Shown here: positions 1 to 13,689 of the stretch, in pieces
How positions within the stretch are numbered: the stretch's first letter is position 1
Layout: each line of letters begins with the position of its first letter
Assembly (NCBI GenBank): GCA_036172245.1
Contig: JAYWIR010000040.1
Location: 744,001 to 808,000, forward strand
DNA: 64,000 nt
Direction: 5' to 3'
Source: Raillietiella orientalis
Taxonomy: Eukaryota
Notes under the pieces: generated by a model
Databases searched by the model: none
Told to the model about the DNA's origin: nothing
What the model saw: only the letters and a program-made list of their open reading frames with translations
Translations under genes and position numbers: made by a program

Positions 1-1324
1 CGAGCTGCATCCTCCGACACCTCTACAGGGAGGTGTCGCGCGCAGACGGGAAGGGCGAGTAAAAAATACGGGAGAGCTCGAAGTGGCTCCCGCGCCCAAT
101 TCGCGTTTCCCTGCTGCTGCCGGCCGACTGGGTGGGTGGAGGCGGCTGCCGGCGGGAGGAAGTCGGCTCCATTCCCAGGGACAGCTGCTTTCCATCACTC
201 GAGCCGCTGGAGCTGCTCAGAGGGGAACGATGTCTCCTTTCTTCTTTTCCCTTCTCTTTCGCTAAGATGCTGCGTCCTTGATGGAAAGAATGAAGCGGTG
301 CGCGCTCAGCCTCGAGAGGATGCTGAAGATGGTTCTTCCACCCGAACGGATGGTTCCGAGATCCGAAGCGCACTTCTCTCGCTGCACGAAGAGCGTCCGC
401 AAAGAGAGGAAGAGGGAGAGCTGAATGGCGTCCCTTTCAAAATCCGAGAATGGGTCTGGCGCGCTGCGGAGGGGACCCCTCTCGGAGCGCTGGATCGTAG
501 ATGCTCCGGCGCAGGACCGAATCCGTGCTTTCCTCTGCTGATCAAAGAGATCCACAAGCTTTCCTTGACGTCTTGTCTTAAAGAGAGGCCTCTGTCCCAT
601 TGAAGGAGGCTGCGGGAAAGGAGATCTCGCTTCCAGAGATTGCAGCTCTTGGTTATTTATTTACTTTGGAGCTTTCCCTTTTCCAGCAAGGAGCATTCCG
701 TTTCGCGGTGGTTCGGGCCGCAGTTTTCGAAAGAGCGACCTTTCTTCTCGCAACATCCGTTACACAGCAGAAGTGATCGCATCGTGGTGCGCGATCTTCC
801 GCGAAGGACGTGGCCTCAGAGTCGAGCGCAGCTCCGCCTGCCATGTCTGCGTGTTCCAGGCGGCAGACGAAACACGGAAGGAGAGCGGAGCAGCAAGGTG
901 GCTCACGCGAGGACGTCGCCGTTGTCGCCATCTCGTCTGCAAGAAGCAGCCGGCTCTTATCCCGGCCCTCGGAGCGGGCGGCGACCACGCGTCCGGTGAG
1001 CTTGCCACGCTGGCCTCGAAGGCTTCCCGCGCTCCAAGCACGAGGACCGCTGCTGAAATCCGGACGCTGGATTCCAAGGGATACGTGAAGCGCCTCGAGG
1101 TGTGTTTGAACGATGGCGCTAACCAGGCGGCTCCACTCGAGGTCACCGAGACCTTTCTCGCGTTCCCTTTGAGGAAATGGCAGTGGCAACGAGACCGACG
1201 CGACATTCCTTCTTGGACAAGCGGCATGCGAGAAATCGATGTGTTCGCGGATGTTTTCCGGTTTCTTCGCATCGCAGAGACCCTCCCGACTGTTTGTTTT
1301 CGCCGTCGAGGAGGCGGAGGTGCT

Positions 1325-1446
1325 GGAGAAAGAGGAAGGGGAGGAGGAAGGAAAAGGAGGAGGAAGAGGAACGAAAAAGAAAAAGAGGAGGAAAGGAGAA
1401 GAGGGGGAAAGGAAGAGGAAGAGGAAGAAAGGAAGAGTAGGAGAAA
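1325..1446 (+). repeat. polypurine (G/A) low-complexity tract
   Basis: Almost pure G/A; a similar tract lies at ~12142-12250. Confidence 0.85.
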
Positions 1447-1469
1447 GTCGCTTGTTCGAATCCGAAGAT

Positions 1470-2000
1470 GAGCTTCACGATTTGGGTCCATCCGCGAGGC
1501 GAGCACTCATGCAAGGAGAAAGGCAGAAAGGCAGAAAGGGGAACGCGGTGAATGGACTAACTGCCTTCGACTCCTGGGCGGCAGCTATCGCATGCCCTGA
1601 GGGGGAGTCTCCCGTGAGGACCACTTTCTCCCTCAACATTCGCTCATTACTGTTAAAAGGTTGTCTCGGTACGGGATGATGACCCGATAAAAGCACGTGA
1701 TGAATAGCGGCGACGGCTCCGGGCGAGCGGGAGGAACGCGGCATGAGCCCGAGGGGGGAACGTCGAGCCTGTCAAGATGGATGAAGATCGCTCGTGGCGC
1801 TGACGAGGACCAATCGCTGGGAATCCGGAAGCCGCGGTGGAGTCAACTCTGGTGGGGTTTGCGCTACCCGGCGGTCGTCTCGGCAGCACTTCGCGCGCAC
1901 CGAGGAGAGCTCTCAAGGAAGCGCCGGGGAGGGGGAAACGAAACATTCCGACATCCTCCCCTCCCCCCCCCCTTCCCAACCTTCTCACCCCGGTGATTCT
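1470..2000 (+). mobile_element. highly decayed CR1/L2-like RT fragment
   Basis: VNGLTAFDSW...CPEGES..GPL weakly resembles VNG..S.W..SGVPQGSVLGP. Confidence 0.25.
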
Positions 2001-3129
2001 GAAGAGCTCGCAGCTCCTTATCTCGTTCGGAAGGACGACGTCGTCCAGAACCGCCGTCCGAGTCCCTGCGATTGCGCGCGATAGGCAGGATCCTGCTCTA
2101 CAGAGGAAAGAAGAGGGAAAGGAGCAGGAAGCGAAGAGGTGGAGGAGGAGAGCGCAAGGCCCGCGTCTGCCGCACACTCGGCCTGTGCTTCCCGGAAACG
2201 TTCGCCCCCCCCTCCCTCCTCCGTATCGCCTCTGCGACCTCCTCCTCTCTCCTCGTTTCGGGAGCTGACCACTGAGGGGGAACGGAGGGAGAGAAAAAAA
2301 AGGAGGGCGAACAAGGAAAAGGAACGAGCAAACCTCCCTCCTTGGGGTGCATCCCGACTCAGCCGTTCCGTCCCGTTCTTAGCGGCCCGCCTCCAGACGT
2401 CCCCGACGCCCTTCCCTCGCGCCTGCGCCTCGCTGTCGCTTCCTCCTTCCCCGCTGCTTCCTCACCCGGAAGGCGATCGCTGCTTCTTCCCCCTCCGCCA
2501 CAGGTGAGATCAGGCGAGCCCACTCCCTTCTCGTGGGCGTGCCGTACGCCCGTCCAGCGGGGCTGCGGAGGCGGGACCTCGCGCTCATCCTCACGCAGCT
2601 TCCGCATCGCCCTGCCGACGAGTCGCGACCGCGGGCGATCCGCAGGGGGCGGCCCTTCCTCGGAAGGCCCTCGGCTCTTTTGCATCGTGCTGTGAGGTGG
2701 AACCGCGGTTCTCTCCGGCTTCCCCGAAGTGCCCTTCATCGGGAGGAGAGGGGAAGGAGGCGGAGCTACCTGGGACTCCCGGGATGTCGAAGCGCGATTG
2801 CGGATGCGAAACTGCATCGAGTTGGCCCGGGAAATCCTCTGAGGAGCAGGACGCGAGAGCTGCGAGCCAGGCGCTCATGAACGCGATTCATCCCGGAGGA
2901 CCTCCTCGGGATCAAGCGTGCTCGGAAAGAGCGAGGGAACGTGCGCTCGACAATATGGCAGCAGGTCCTTAACTGAAGAAGAACTCGGCAACGGTTTCCC
3001 GGTCGCCCGAGCTATCCGTCTTGAGCGAGGAGCATCCCAAAGGGAATCCGCTGGCCGTGGACCCTTCCCGATCCTCCTGCCCTTCAACGGCCCTCACGGT
3101 TCGGCGCTTTCGCCTTCCGAGATCCCTCG

Positions 3130-3600
3130 CTGGCGTTGTCCTCGAGCAGATGTTAGAAAACCCGCAGTCTGGTGCACACGCTGGTCGGCTTTCAGAAGTC
3201 TTCGGCTTTCAGAAGCTCTCGTGTCCGAGGGGGCACCCCCTTCCCTTCCTTTGACTGATTGCAGCTTTCCCTGTGAAGCGATCTCGTAGCAATGTAATTC
3301 CGATCCACGTTCCGCTCCCGCTGCGGCCTCCAGCCTCGGGTTCCCCGGTCGCCAGCATGCATCAAGACCTGCATCGCGATGGACTCTTCGAGATGACCGA
3401 TTGCGCTCCATCTGCAGGAGGGCCTTGCTCTTCTTCAGGCTTGACGGGTCGCGAGCCCTTGCTGACCACCTTTCCGCCCCCTGAGAGAACAGCAGGAGCC
3501 TCCAAGGCGGATGAGCTTGCCGCGGAAGACGGAGCTCAGACCCCATCGCTCCCGCGAGACCACTTGGAGCCCGAGCGGGAGAACGGGGTAGGGGCGGAAG
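3130..3600 (+). mobile_element. decayed LINE RT fragment (Jockey/L2-like)
   Basis: FPVKRSRSNVIPIH resembles the P..WK.A.VIPIHK motif. Confidence 0.3.
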
Positions 3601-3899
3601 GGAGAGAATTGGCCCAGGGCAATGGCCGAAGCAAGTCTTCAAGTCTCATGCCCGTCGAGGCACTCCCCTTCCCATTCATTCCTTTATTTGATTTGCAAGT
3701 CTTTCCTTCTCATCCCCGTCTCCACTTCCGGTTCTGTTCCCGGTGAGGTTCGAACCGGAAGACGTCGGACTTCCTCTGGTTGCACTTTCGTGTTTAACTA
3801 TATCTTGAACGAACGACCTGGGACGCCGGGATGAGGTCACCAAGAAGAGAGGGGGGGGGGGGGGGGCGAAGAGGTCAGTGGTTCCTTGCGGCGTCGCTG

Positions 3900-5400
3900 T
3901 GCACTTCTCTGAGCGACTGAAGTCGCGTCCTCTCGCGGCAGGTCGCGCAGCTTCGCACCGCCGGCGACACAGCCTCGAGCGTTCTTTGAAAACGCCCTGC
4001 AGCACCACCGTGCCCCTGCAGAGATGATTGGTACGAGCTGGCAGCATCGACACTGCCGATCCACGCGGCGATGGGCGGCCTGAGCGCTTCCCGAGAGCCC
4101 AAGTGGCGACTCTCCGTCCCCCCTTCCCCCCTTCCCAGTAGCGACGCTCCGTTCAGCTCCTAACTTTCCGCTCCTGGGACAGTCTGACGGCCTTGCCCTG
4201 ATCACCGTGCACCGGATGGGAGAGAAGCACAGATGGAGACTTCGTGATCTGGATTTGGTATCGTTGCGCGCGTCGGAAAGGCGGACGGAGGATTCCCACG
4301 TCGGGCTATAAGAATGGGGAGCTGACCTTAACGACCTACAGCAGAGGGAATTTTTAAAGAAGGGGAGGAGAAGGGGGGCGAATATCACAGGATGCCGCAG
4401 TTTACGAGATTCTTGTGTTCCTTTGCACACCTCAGGGAAAAGCCTCTTCGTAGCTTCCAGGTTCGAACCTGCTTCTTCCTGAAAGCCGGAAAATGCAGGC
4501 TTCTCGATGGCCTGGTTGGCAAGGAAACGAAATGGGGAGTGTCATGGGCGCTTCCTCCTCGCAAAAGGCTGCTTGTGCGACGCAGCCCTCTCGATCGGCA
4601 CGACCCTCTCCCGGGGCGATCACTCCGGATGGAAACTGCACCCATGGACCGCGACTGCGAACCCATCCCTCCTCTCTCCCTCCCCCTCTCCCTTGAGAAA
4701 GGCGCTGATGCAATCGGGGACCGTCGCTCGCCTGCCGGGGATCGCGATGCGATGCTGTCGCTCGGCCAGCGCAGCGCGCAGCACTGTCCCCACGCTCCCT
4801 CCGCGCACCCGCAGATTGAACCCGGCGCTCCGACGCGCGAGTGCTTCCCACTCGTTTTCGCTTTCCGTTGACGCACCTCCGACGGTTGGAACTTTTTCCT
4901 CTGAGATGAGCGACGCGCGTCGATCCTTTCCCGAGATCTCAAGCGAGAGATGCTGTGCTGCCCGACCCACAAGTCACCATTTCCACCCTCTGAGATATCC
5001 CCTCCTGCAGGATCTGCTGGAAATCCTCCTTGGTTGAAATGGAGATCCTCTTGGTGGGATTTTTTTTTCTCCGTGCTTTTCGTGAAGTGGCAGAACTCGG
5101 CGTTGCGAACCGTTGCATCAGGCTGCTCCCACGGCAACGCGCTCCGCCGACACTGGACCGGGGTAAGCGTGGCTCCAGACTGTGCCAGGTGCAGCGAATG
5201 GGAAGCCCTCCCGCACCTGGTGGTGTTTCCCTCCCTCCGGAGTGTACGGGAATGCTTCGCAACAGCCCTCCGGCTCCCAAGGGACGACGCGGCGGAACGC
5301 GCTCGGTCGCATCTCCACGTGCGGTGGAAATGTCGCCCGAGGCGACGACCGCAGCCTCGCGCTGCTTCCGAGCAGCTGTGGCAGCAAGAAGCCACAGCGA
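3900..5400 (+). mobile_element. decayed Tx1/L1-like ORF2 3' half with zinc-knuckle (zf-RVT) remnant
   Basis: NALRRHWTGVSVAPDCARCSEWEALPHL...FATALRLP parallels the better-preserved copy at 63165-63647. Confidence 0.55.
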
Positions 5401-6039
5401 GAGACCAGCAGACCAGGAACGCTATACTGATCATAATCTTCTTCAGGATGACCATTAGACGGCCGAACCTCCAGCAGCAGGAGGAACTTGCCAACATTCT
5501 GTAAAGGATGACGAGGACACCAAGGAGACATGTGATCCCTTTTTCCTCCCCTTCTCCCCCATTTTTATGAAAATTTTTCTTTTCGTTTGGGGTTCTCCTT
5601 ATTTTATTTTATTTCTTCCAACCCCCCCCCTCCCCCCTCTTGTTGTGTTGGCATCGCTTCCCTCAGCTTCCCGCGGGGACCACTACCGGCAAGCCGCTTG
5701 CAAGCAACAGTGCCTCCCACACTTCCTTCGAACGAGCGAGATTCGAACCATTCCCTCCTCTCCCCCCATCCTGCGGAGGGACGACCATTCCCCCAACACT
5801 ATGGCTGCTGATGCGTTTTCCCGCAACAGATGACCCGGAGAATTCTGGCTGAGAACCGAGACGTTTCCTCAAGCTCCCCTTTCCATGTCACATGTGGGCA
5901 GTCTCATTCCGCTCTCTCCGCACGTAACCCGAAAGGTCTCTCGTATCTTCGGCGGGAATCTCGAAAACCTTTTCGGGGTCCACGGGTCTCTGTGGACGAG
6001 CGAGCAAGGAAGTTGTTCCTCCTTCGCCCTTGATGCTTG

Positions 6040-7900
6040 GGGCCAGGGATATCCGCCTCTCCCCCAACAACAGTGATTCCCATGTGAGTCTCGCACTAGG
6101 ATGGGGAAGAAAGGTCAGAGGCAGGATGACTCCTGCTTGCATCCTGCAGCAGGGACCATCCTGCTCCGCCTCGGGCAGGAAAAGCGAATGCTCAGGATGC
6201 GTTCGAAACTTCCCGACGGAAATGATCCCGGCAGCGCCTCCAGGGACTTTCCTTTCGAGATTTCGTGTCGAGTAAGTGCAAATCATCATTGGCCTTCGCT
6301 TCCTCGCTCGGTCGTGTGCTGATGATGACGGAGTTAAACTTCCGTGGGTCCTGAGAAGAGAACCTTAGTCACGTGACAAGGCTGCAAGTGCTGGTTAATC
6401 GTCAGAATGATGGAAGGGGTGCTCCTGCAATAAAACAGAGCGATCCTGGATGCTCCCGTAGGTATCGGCGCGGAATTCCGCGTCGAAATGAACCAACCTT
6501 TGGACTCCGGAACACAGAATCTGCTCAAATCCTTCCTCGTGATCACCAAGCCGTCAATGACCAGAGGTGAGGACGCACCTGATAAGCATCGAGGAAGAGG
6601 CTGCGTTCTTCTGGTACTTCCCGACCGAGTTGAGAGCGTTCGTTACAGGCCCCGGGAAGGAGTCCGATGGACCGAATGGAAATCCGGAATTTTTCAGCAT
6701 GTGGCGCCGGAACTCCAGAGGCACACTTGCCGCCTATGCAGGTTTACTGGTGCCACCTCTCGTCCTCTCCGCAGGCGGAGTCGAGCAGACGTTGAGGATT
6801 CCAGCAAGTAGGAAGCGGAGTTGGCGCGAGCTTTTCGGCCTGATGACACCGATGCGCGCCGACGTTGTGGATCAGGTGGGCATAAGAAATCCTGGCTTCT
6901 GTTCAGAACTACAAAAATTATCACTATCGAGGTCAACGTTTGTCTTGCAGCTACGGAAGCCGCCGGAGGAAGCGCCTCCACTTCGCCATTTTTCGTGTCC
7001 TCACGTTATCTTTAACATGACAAGAATGCACGCAAAGTAGGGGGGTTTGAGCCTATCCCTTCATTGACCGGGAACGAAGAAAAAGTGGGAGAAATATTCC
7101 ATCCCAATTCGACAGGAACACCACGTGCAACCTACCACACATATCCAACCGTTCCCTGAGGGGACTAGGGATATGTGCGCCGCCGCTGAAGAACTTTGCG
7201 AACAAACCATTCTTTAAGGAAACACCATGGATGTTTCGTCGGTGCCACAACAGTCTCCGTCTCGTTTTGCCTCTCTCCAGAATGAAGTCCCAGGGTTCCT
7301 GAAACTGTCTCGAGACCACCTGCAGGATGAACAGAAAGATCCTGCTGCCGAGATGGGCATCTTCGGAGGAGACAGCACGTGTTTCTCCGCTTCTTTCTCC
7401 GCTGGGCACGCCTGGCTTCAAAGGCGAAGGGCTGTTTGCCTCCGAGTTCGGTTCCGTCTCCTTGAACTCGGAAGAACTCGGGAAGGATCCCGTCCCTAGT
7501 AAAGGCCCTCTGGGATTTCAAGGTTGTTAAGCGATGCAAAAGAAAATTCCTCTGCCGTCCGGGCTCATCTGGCTCCTGGTGACGTTTCATATAAGCAAAT
7601 TGAGATAGATACGAGTCAGCATTAATGGTCTGTCACGTTTTGGAGCGTCTGTGACAATTGCCAGGAGCCTCCTGTGGTTCCCTTGGACCACTGACGGCAT
7701 CAGAGGCTCCTAGGATGAGAATTCGAAACCGCTGGGGGGCCCCTGGTGCACAAGGGCTACTCCAGCATCCCTGCACGTGCTCACCGATGAAAGCAAGAGG
7801 GGGATGCAAGCGTACCAAAAAGGAACGGATCTTTCGTGGACTTTCTCAGAAAGGCCGATCCCTCGCGCACGAAAGGACACACAGAGTTCCTGAAGGTGAT
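6040..7900 (+). pseudogene. probable decayed collagen (Gly-X-Y) pseudogene
   Basis: Surviving triplet runs GTPGFKGEG, KGPLGFQG, GAPGAQGL, DGPNGNPE(G), plus near-triplets whose Gly codon is one substitution away; heavily frameshifted. Confidence 0.4.
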
Positions 7901-8049
7901 CTCCACGTATCGCCAACAGACTTTTTTTCGCCTTCATGGGCAGCCGTTGAGCAGCCGAAGGTCGAAGGTCGCCCATCGAAAATCAAAATTCCCGACAATT
8001 TGTAGCAACGACCACGAACGGGACGTAAGTTCTCCGCACCTGAGGATGT

Positions 8050-9430
8050 GGTGAGAGAAGTGAGCGGACGGAATCCTCGGCGGTGAGTGGTCGTTGACAG
8101 ACGTCCAAACGAGTGGAGCGATTCGGCGAGGTTTCCCTGGCGAGGGAAGACGCTCGCGTTCGAGCAACCTTTGCGCGAGGGCATCTCGACGGATGCTCGT
8201 CAGCGGACTCTGGTCGTCGCTACAGCCTCGGCGGAGACGACAATTATTAGGGCGTCTGAGATGGTCTCCAGGAAGAAGGAACTTCCCAGCAGCGAGCTGA
8301 GCTCCGCGCTCTCAGCATCTCAGCGCCGAACGCGCCTTTGAAGCGAGGAGTCGGGGGGAGAGGACCTTTCCTGGAAATTCGCAAGAAAAAATCCTGGAAG
8401 GACAAAGGAAAAAATCCCGAACGGTGGAGCAGCCTCAAGAAGCGTCCCAGCAGCCTCGGAGAGTAGATGCAAAGTTCCCCCCAAGGCGCCGGACGTCCAA
8501 ATGAGCCAATGATGCGACGACTGCCGATAATCAAAGGTCACGGCCGGCTGAAGCAGAAAAAAGGGTGCGGCGAAAGTCAGTAGCGAAGAATTCCACAGGG
8601 ACAGCGTCTGCGGCGATTCCTCACGTTTGAGATGACCACCCCGGAACCGACAGCAGCGCGGGAAAGGTCAAAGCATGGAAAAACTTCGGAAGGTGTGCAT
8701 CGAGAACTGGCTGGCGAACGCCCCTCGAGGACAAGAGGAGAAAAAACGTTGTGGGAAAGAAATCGGGTTGTCTTGCCATATCCATAGACTGGAAGGCAGC
8801 TGGTCCAGGCAATCGCTCCCGGATCGAGCCTGGATTTTTCCCCAACGCTCGAAACGACCGCTCCCCCTATGCTCGGCAAGGCGGAAGGACGCTGAGGAGC
8901 TCTGTGGACCCTGGTAAGCGAGAAGCATCCACAACCCTGGATCCACACTGCAGAGTTCCGGGCCGAAGGGCAAAGGGCAGCTCGATTCTTCCAAGAGATG
9001 AGAGCGCGGTTGCACCTCCCGACGTTCCCACCTCTGGAGGGCTCGCCGGGTAGTCGTTTCATGGAGGCTCCTCTCCTTCGCGGAAGACGGAACGCTCCGA
9101 GACGGGGTCATGTTCAGCTTACCTATTCAGGGTGCCTGCTGTCCGTGGGACGCCCACCCAAAGCACGGAAGACGCCGCCACGCTCAGGAACCCTGCAAAC
9201 TCAACGACGCGGCTAGCGTCGGGTTCACATCTGGTGGAACTCGAGACTCCAGCTCCGTTAGCCTCTCCCGAGTTCAGAAGGGAAAGGTAAGAAAAAAACA
9301 TAAAGTGGCCAACCATGTGGATGTGGCTCTCCCGGAAGGTTTTCTTTCCCAGCCGCAAACCACGGGATGTCTTCCGCACCAGTTACCGGGGCGACCGAGC
9401 TCCCATGAAAGTTATTGGTGCAATGAATCT
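8050..9430 (+). mobile_element. decayed Penelope-like element(s), GIY-YIG region
   Basis: Across frameshifts: KVCI-ETG-RT..RTR (~YIGETGR.L.TR), SIDWKA, EPGFF; a second SLPIQG...VIGA remnant at ~9110-9430. Confidence 0.35.
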
Positions 9431-9479
9431 CTTTTCAATCCCTCCGCCTTGGCGGATGGTCAGCAAGTGAGCTAGCAGA

Positions 9480-10860
9480 CCTCCTGACCATCCAGGATCT
9501 CGGTTGCAGACCCCAGGAGGACCGTCTAGACTTTCCCTGGCGATCCTCCAAACCTACGTTGGCGTCTACGTGTTCTCCTTTTTTCCCTTCCCGACTTCTT
9601 GAACTGGGAATTCCATGCCGCCACCAGTGGAGGAAGGAAGGGGGCACATTTCGCATCTCCGTCGGGAGTATGGCGCCCTTCTGTTGGCACGGAGGAAGCC
9701 GGCTGCAGTCCCCCTCGACCTTAGAATCCGCCCCTTTGGACCTCGTGAGGACATTCGCTCGTTCTCCACGGCCTCGATAGTGACGCAGCAACACTCTCGA
9801 GGAGAAGAAGCCTCCGGGACTAGAGAGGGAGACTGGAGACCTCCGCGGCGAGCCAGCAGGTGACGCCATCTCAGGGGGGACGGCAAGGGAATCGTCTCCC
9901 GCAGGAGAGGGACGTCTTCTCCCAAATGGAAGCTCTGCGATTTGTGTGTTCCCGTGGATCGCCTTCCTCCCCCTTTCTCCCCCTCCCCCTCCCTACAATC
10001 AGAAAATTTTATTTATTTATTTGTTTGTTGCCCTTCTCCCCTTCACGCAACCCAACTCTTGCGCGGACGCCTCCCTGCTTGCGAGTGTTGCAGGAGGAAC
10101 CTTCTTCCTTCCTTACTGCGTGTTTGTTGTCCTTTTGTCAATAAACGGCCCGACGTAACCGGGTTACGGGCCGTAAACCATGGTAACCGGCAAACAAAGC
10201 CGGAGTGAAACTCGCCGTCGCAGCTGGTGGGGAGGATGAGGGGCGCGAAACAAAGGGATGGGGTGCCCTTTGTCTCCCAGGAGCACCTTGGGAGAAATCG
10301 TCCCTCCTGAGAGCCCACGGCGGCGGCGCAGCAGCAGCGCCACCTTTTCCGTCTTCCGAGTGTCTTCTCGCCGCTTGAGCTCCTCCATCTCGCCGTGCCG
10401 TTCAGAACGCACGCCAAATCGATGAAGTTCGGCACGCGAGAGGAGCTGACATCTGCCAGAAGGAAGCGAAAGCATCGGGACTTCCAGGGAGACAGACGTG
10501 GGGAGGAAAGCGACGCGGGAGGAGGGCCCACAGTCGAGGGAAACCCGAAGTCCTGCGCCGGTCGAGGTGAGAAGGGATAGGCCGTCCTCTGCGCAGTCTG
10601 CATTCTTGGCCCCGATCGCCTTGGAGCGATTCGTTCCCTCTTGCTTGGGTGCTACTTGGTCACGCGGGAACGATGGCGGCAGCGTCCTGTCTTCCACCTT
10701 GGAAACTCCCGCTGTTCTGGTAGGCGGCGGCAGAAAGGTGGTCAGCGAGGGTACGCGATCCGCCATGCCTGAAGAGGCGCAGGGACTTCCTGGAGAGAGA
10801 CGTCGGGGCTTCCAGGACTCCAGGTGCAGGGACTTCCAGGACCTTCCCCATTGATGGGGG
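9480..10860 (-). mobile_element. decayed RTE-like RT
   Basis: Motifs in order: SPGSPD, ADCAEDGLSLLTSTG (~DC.NYRGISLLS..GK), PWKSRCFR (~PESQCGFR), FIDLACVLNGTAR (~FIDL.KAFD.V.R), VGLEDRQGKS (~GL.I...KT). Confidence 0.5.
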
Positions 10861-12339
10861 GAGAGGGGAGGGGAAGGATTCTCAAATCGGAGAGGGAGAG
10901 AGGGGTTCCCGGTGCTTCGCTATCAAGATGGCGGCGTGCTCGTGGCGCGGAGGAAGGACCAGCAAGGTGGCGCGGCATCCCCAGGATCTTCCCGGAGTAT
11001 TCCCGGTCAACAACGCACCTTTGACGGGATGCCCTGAGCAGCGCCACCTTGTGAGTTTGAGGGGGCAGCGTCCCCGTAGCGCGACGACCCGGGATGCCTA
11101 CCACACTGCTGTAGCGTCCACCCTCTTCTTCCAACCGATGCAGGAAGGGAAGAAGGAAAGCGGGTGGTCTCGCGGAGCCGGCTTAGGGAGAGAGTCCCGG
11201 TGTCCCCTGGGATGCCTCCGAGGGATAGTTTTCCCAGGCGGCGGATGGATTGGTTCTTCCATATCCGTCTAGCATCGACTGGTCCTCTCCCCGCTCCTGA
11301 GAAAGGGGTGCGCCGCCTGCGATCGGTTTCGCAGCACCCCTACGTTCGTCGCGACGGTTCGCGCCCTTCCCGTCCCCCGGAGCTCCTGCGGGACCTTCCG
11401 CTCGGGGCACCAGCAGCTGCCTCCTGAAGAACAAAAGGAGGGGCCAGGAGTCTGGTTCGTTCCGTCCTACCTGCCCGCTCGTGTGACGGGGTCCCTTGGG
11501 GGCGCCTCGCGGCTTTCCTCGCACCTGCGCGTGCACGACGCTTCTCGCGCCTCAAAGGAGCTCCCTGCCCTTCCGGCCCCATGGGGGCGCTTCCCAGAAC
11601 CGAAAGTTCGCCGCGCCCCGCACGTCGGAGGACGGCCGCAGCCCACCGCACGCTCCGAGCTGCGGACGGAGGAGCCTCCAGTCCGAAGGGCGCCAGCGCG
11701 AGACTACCGCCGCCTGCCGTCACCGAAGAGGGGGGGCGCGAGGGTCCGCGGGCGCGCGAAAAGGAAAGAGGCGGAGCTCCTAATGGATCCTGAAGTCAGG
11801 GACCGGTCTCCCTCCAGTCCTCCTTTCTTTCCGCGTCTGCAGCCGGACCGTCAGTGGCTCAAGGAGGGGAAAGATGCGCGGGGTGCTGCGCGCGACGCGG
11901 CCTAAGCACGCCGCTTCCTCTTCGAGCAGCGCGCCCTCGGAGATGGAGGACGCGACCTTGGAGTTCCCGCCATTCCTCTCCTCCGCTGAGGCCTTCTCCC
12001 CCATGCCAGGAAGCAGTCCTCTCCTCTGATCCCACTTCGGCCAGCTGGGCATCCGCACGCACGCAGCTCTGTCGCATCCCATACCCAGGACTACCTCAGA
12101 CGTCTTCCTTTGTGAAAGTTAGCGAGAGGCTCTTGCACTGCAAAAGAGGAGGAAAGAGAAGGAGATGGCTGAAGGAAGGAAGGAGGAGGAGGAAAAAGGA
12201 AGGAGGAGGAACAAATAATGGAAGGAGGAAGAGGAGTAAGGAAGGAGCAACAGCAGAATGGTTCGCAAGCTGCACTGTTAAGGCAAGAAGGCGCTCTGCA
12301 TCTCGGAGGAGGGATCCGACCGAACGTAGCTCGAGGCGT

Positions 12340-13130
12340 GGCCTCTTCCCCGTCTGACTGTCGGTTCCCGCACGGGATTCGTCAGCTCCCTGTGCCATCT
12401 GCCGGCTCTGGACGCGTGTCCCGCCGCCCATGGAGCACGTGGCGTCCCGCTCAGGGAAGAGAGGCGACGTCCGACTCCTGGGACCACGACAATCACCGAC
12501 ATACAACCGGTTGTTCCTCTTAAGCAGCAGAGATCCTACCGAAAAATGAGGTCTCCCTTGTTTCTGTTGAGGAGCGTTCCCAGGAGACAATGAGCTCTTC
12601 CGGGCACGCTTCCCGAATGCGAAAGAGTTTCGAGTGGAGATCCGCCCGCCACCACTTCAAGGGACCACGCAGAGGTCCCGGAAACTGAAGACATTCCCGG
12701 CGGCGGAGCGCGCGCTCCTGCCATGGGGCGACTCTGATCGGAAGAACGTCCATGTGAATGCATCTGTTCCACGGAAGTGATCTCCCTCTCCTACGCGATG
12801 ATGCTGAGACGAGGTTGGGAGAGGGAAGTGGCTGATCATGGTTCGCTTCGAGCCCGCAGGCAAAATCGATGCGTTCCTCCGATCGAGGTGATGGTGCACT
12901 CGTCATCCCGTTGCAGCTCTCGTACCTCCGGCTCGGTTCACGAAAAGGAAGGAGGAAGGGTAAAGGTCCCTGTGCCGTTCCTGGCGTCGTGCCCCCCAGC
13001 AGGAAGCAAGGAGCGGTCGCGCGTCCCCGGGAAGAGGTGGCACGCACGTTTGGGAGCTCCCAGTCTGTTTGCCAAGGATCTCTAGGACCGACAGGAAACT
13101 GCGTTGCGCTGCCGTTGACCTCTGACAAAC
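12340..13130 (-). mobile_element. decayed Penelope-like RT/GIY-YIG
   Basis: WQTD-GAP (~QTDG.PMG), IDFACGLEANHDQPLPSPNLV (~IKFT.E.E....LPFLDV), NRCIHM (~DRYLH); shares a GIY-YIG segment with 15065-15169. Confidence 0.5.
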
Positions 13131-13689
13131 GGACGCTCCTGGCAGACTGCACCTTCGATTTCTGTTGCTCGCGGATGACCGTGGGTGACCATCGTGACGG
13201 GCAGTGCCGCTTTCTCTTCGGAGCAACCGCCTCTCGAGGAAGCTGCGAGCCAAGAGTCAACCTTTCTTCGTCGAACCCGGAATCTCTCCAGCGGGTGGTA
13301 TGCCGGAAGTTTCATCCGGTCTTGGCTGCTTGCGCAACCCGGCAACCACTGCTCGGGCCGACCTTGATACGTCCGAACACGCCTCCTCTTAGTGATCGTC
13401 CACACTCCGCTCGCTCCACCGGCTGTGGCCGCGTCACTTTCCATTGGGGGATCGAGCGCATTCCTCGACGCCCGCAGGGCGTCCGTGATTCGCACCGGCG
13501 GTTCTGCCGTTCCCCGTCCGACGCCGCGCCTCCCCTGATCATATCCTGCGGCCTCGTCTGTGATCCCAGTGGCGCTGGAGGGATCCGCTCGAGCTGCGGT
13601 CGGCAGCGCGAGGAGATGCCTGTCCCCACTTCGCGCTTTCGCCGATCGTTCCACAGGATGCCATCTAGCGACGTTGCGGGGAACTGCCG

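Noticed and set aside
4385..5497. Minus-strand 370 aa ORF with a signal-peptide-like start and CGRRL, suggesting an insulin-like peptide
   Set aside because: Cysteine spacing is wrong and the A-chain cysteines are missing; the plus strand explains the region as a Tx1 zinc-knuckle remnant
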